A DNA stretch of 64,000 nucleotides from positions 401,450,001-401,514,000 of the forward strand of contig OZ024741.1 of the NCBI GenBank assembly GCA_964016885.1. Direction: 5' to 3'. Within the stretch, counting starts at the first letter, position 1. Each line of letters starts with the position of its first letter. This stretch comes from Eledone cirrhosa. Taxonomy: Eukaryota. The notes under the pieces are model-generated. The model was not told the DNA's origin and made no database searches. It saw nothing but the letters and a program-made list of their open reading frames with translations. The translations under genes were made by a program, and so were the position numbers. Positions 61,986 to 64,000 of the stretch are shown in pieces.

Positions 61986-63200
61986 TGTGTCTCAACAGTA
62001 AGAAGTACTCATTACTCCCCCCCCCCCCTTCCTAGTCTGTCATGGCTTACTAGCTCTATACGGACGTCTCTTGTCTCTCAACAGTAAGAAGTACTCATTA
62101 CTCCCCCCCCTCCCTAGTCTGTCATGGCTTACTAGCTCTATACAGACGTCTATTGTGTGTCAACAGTAAGAAGTACTCAATACTCCCCCCCTCCCTAGTC
62201 TGTCATGGCTTACTAGCTCTATACAGACGTCTATTGTGTGTCAACAGTAAGAAGTACTCAATACTCCCCCCCCCTCCCTAGTCTGTCATGGCTTACTAGC
62301 TCTATACAGACGTCTATTGTGTCTCAACAGTAAGAAGTACTCATTACTCCCCCCCCCTTCCTAGTCTGTCATGGCTTACTAGCTCTATACGGACGTCTAT
62401 TGTGTCTCAACAGTAAGAAGTACTCAATACTTCCCCCCCAGTCTGTCATGGCTTACTAGCTCTATACAGACGTCTATTGTGTGTCAACAGTAAGAAGTAC
62501 TCAATACTCCCCCCCCCTAGTCTGCCATGACTTACTAGCTCTATACGGACGTCTCTTGTCTCTCAACAGTAAGAAGTACTCATTACTCCCCCCCTCCCTA
62601 GTCTGCCATGGCTTACTAGCTCTATACGGACGTCTATTGTGTCTCAACAGTAAGAAGTACTCAATACTCTCCCCCCCCCCCCGCAGTCTGTCATGACTTA
62701 CTAGCTCTATACAGACGTCTATTGTGTGTCAACAGTAAGAAGTACTCATTACTCTCCCCCCCCCCCCCGCAGTCTGTCATGACTTACTAGCTCTATACGG
62801 ACGTCTATTGTGTCTCAACAGTAAGAAGTACTCAATACTCCCCCCCCCCCTCCCTAGTCTGCCATGACTTACTAGCTCTATACAGACGTCTATTGTCTCT
62901 CAACAGTAAGAAGTACTCAATACCCCCCCCCCCCCAGGTCTGTCATGACTTACTAGCTCTATACAGACGTCTATTGTGTCTCAACAGTAAGAAGTACTCA
63001 ATACTCCCCCCCCCCCCCTAGTCTGTCATGGCTTACAGACGTCTATTGTCTCTCAACAGTAAGAAGTACTCAATAGTCCCCCCCCCCTAGTCTGTCATGG
63101 CTTACTAGCTCTATACAGACGTCTCTTGTTTCTCAACTGCAAGAAGTACTCAATCCTCCCCCCCCCCCTAGTCTGTCATGGCTGACTAGCTCTATACGGA
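61986..63200. repeat. ~82-bp minisatellite, ~15 copies, with variable poly-C tract
   Basis: TGTCTCAACAGTAAGAAGTACTCA(A/T)TACT(C)nTAGTCTGTCATGGCTTACTAGCTCTATAC(A/G)GACGTCTATTG. Confidence 0.96.
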
Positions 63201-63519
63201 CACTTAAATATATTTTTATTTCTTTCTATCTTGTTTATGTTATTCTGTTTGTATTTTAGATAAATGACCAACTTATTAAATTAAACTTTAACCGTATTGA
63301 ATCTATCTATTTGTATGTCATTCTCAATATGTATTAGATATATTGTATTATTATATATATTGTATTATATATATTATATATAACATATATAATATATATA
63401 TATGCTAGCATGGAATATATATATATATGGAATATATATATATGTTAGCATGGAATATATATATATGCTAGCATGGAAGAAAGGACGTAAAATGGTGATG
63501 ATGATGATGATGGAAATGG

Positions 63520-64000
63520 CCAGTATTCTCATAAACCTACAAAGGAAAGGGGATGCTCTGGAGAGGAGCAATTATAGGGGTATAAAACTGATGGATCAGG
63601 TTATGAAAGTGGCAGATAGGATATTAGCACAACTTATTAGAGAAAGGGTCAAACTAGATGAGATGCAGTTTGGTTTTGTGCCTGGGAAAAGTACAACAGA
63701 TGCCCTCTTCTTGGTGAGACAATTACAAGAGAGGTTCTTAGAGAAGAATAAGCCACTATACTTAGCCTTTGTTGACCTAGAGAAGGCCTTTGATAGGGTA
63801 CCCCGATCTGTCATCTGGTGGTCCCTAAGGAAACTAGGTGTTGAGGAATGGCTTGTGAGGACAGTGCAAACTTTGTACAGAGGTTTTGTCAATAAAGTCA
63901 GGGTAGGAATGGAGTTTAGTGAGGAATTCCAGATACAAGTAGGAGTACATCAAGGTTTGGTCCTCAGCCCGCTCTTGTTCATTATAGTCCTCCAAGCCAT
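63520..64000 (+). mobile_element. RTE LINE reverse-transcriptase fragment, runs off window
   Basis: KGDALERSNYRGIKLMDQVMK...QFGFVPGKSTTDA...FVDLEKAFD...GVHQG. Confidence 0.92.

Noticed and set aside
61986-63200. CRISPR-like repeat-spacer array
   Set aside because: The variable part is only a homopolymer length difference, not unique spacers, and the context is eukaryotic.

Overview
AT-rich animal genomic DNA, not prokaryotic. The RTE LINEs with (GAT)n tails, tRNA-headed SINEs and dense (TA)n suggest a mollusc, probably an octopod cephalopod (inference). Bases 1-27020 are a 32-bp satellite array with higher-order periods of about 1950 and 2110 bp. From 29102 to 55083, 13 phase-compatible GT-AG exons on + (2354 nt, about 784 aa, open at both ends) encode VWD-C8-TIL-E-TIL-E-VWD-C8-TIL-E. 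This is the D2-D'-D3 region of a SCO-spondin/hemolectin/mucin/VWF-family protein. The introns hold RTE and Tx1/L1 LINEs, mariner/Tc1, piggyBac-like and hAT non-autonomous elements, two SINE families and several minisatellites. The most notable unannotated signal is nine type I hammerhead-ribozyme motifs (five with intact cores, four decayed) from about six sequence families, in short (TA)n-flanked cassettes. These include a tandem pair at 59934-60462 that would excise a 322-nt retrozyme-like RNA. All coordinates and alignments were read by eye; no searches were run.
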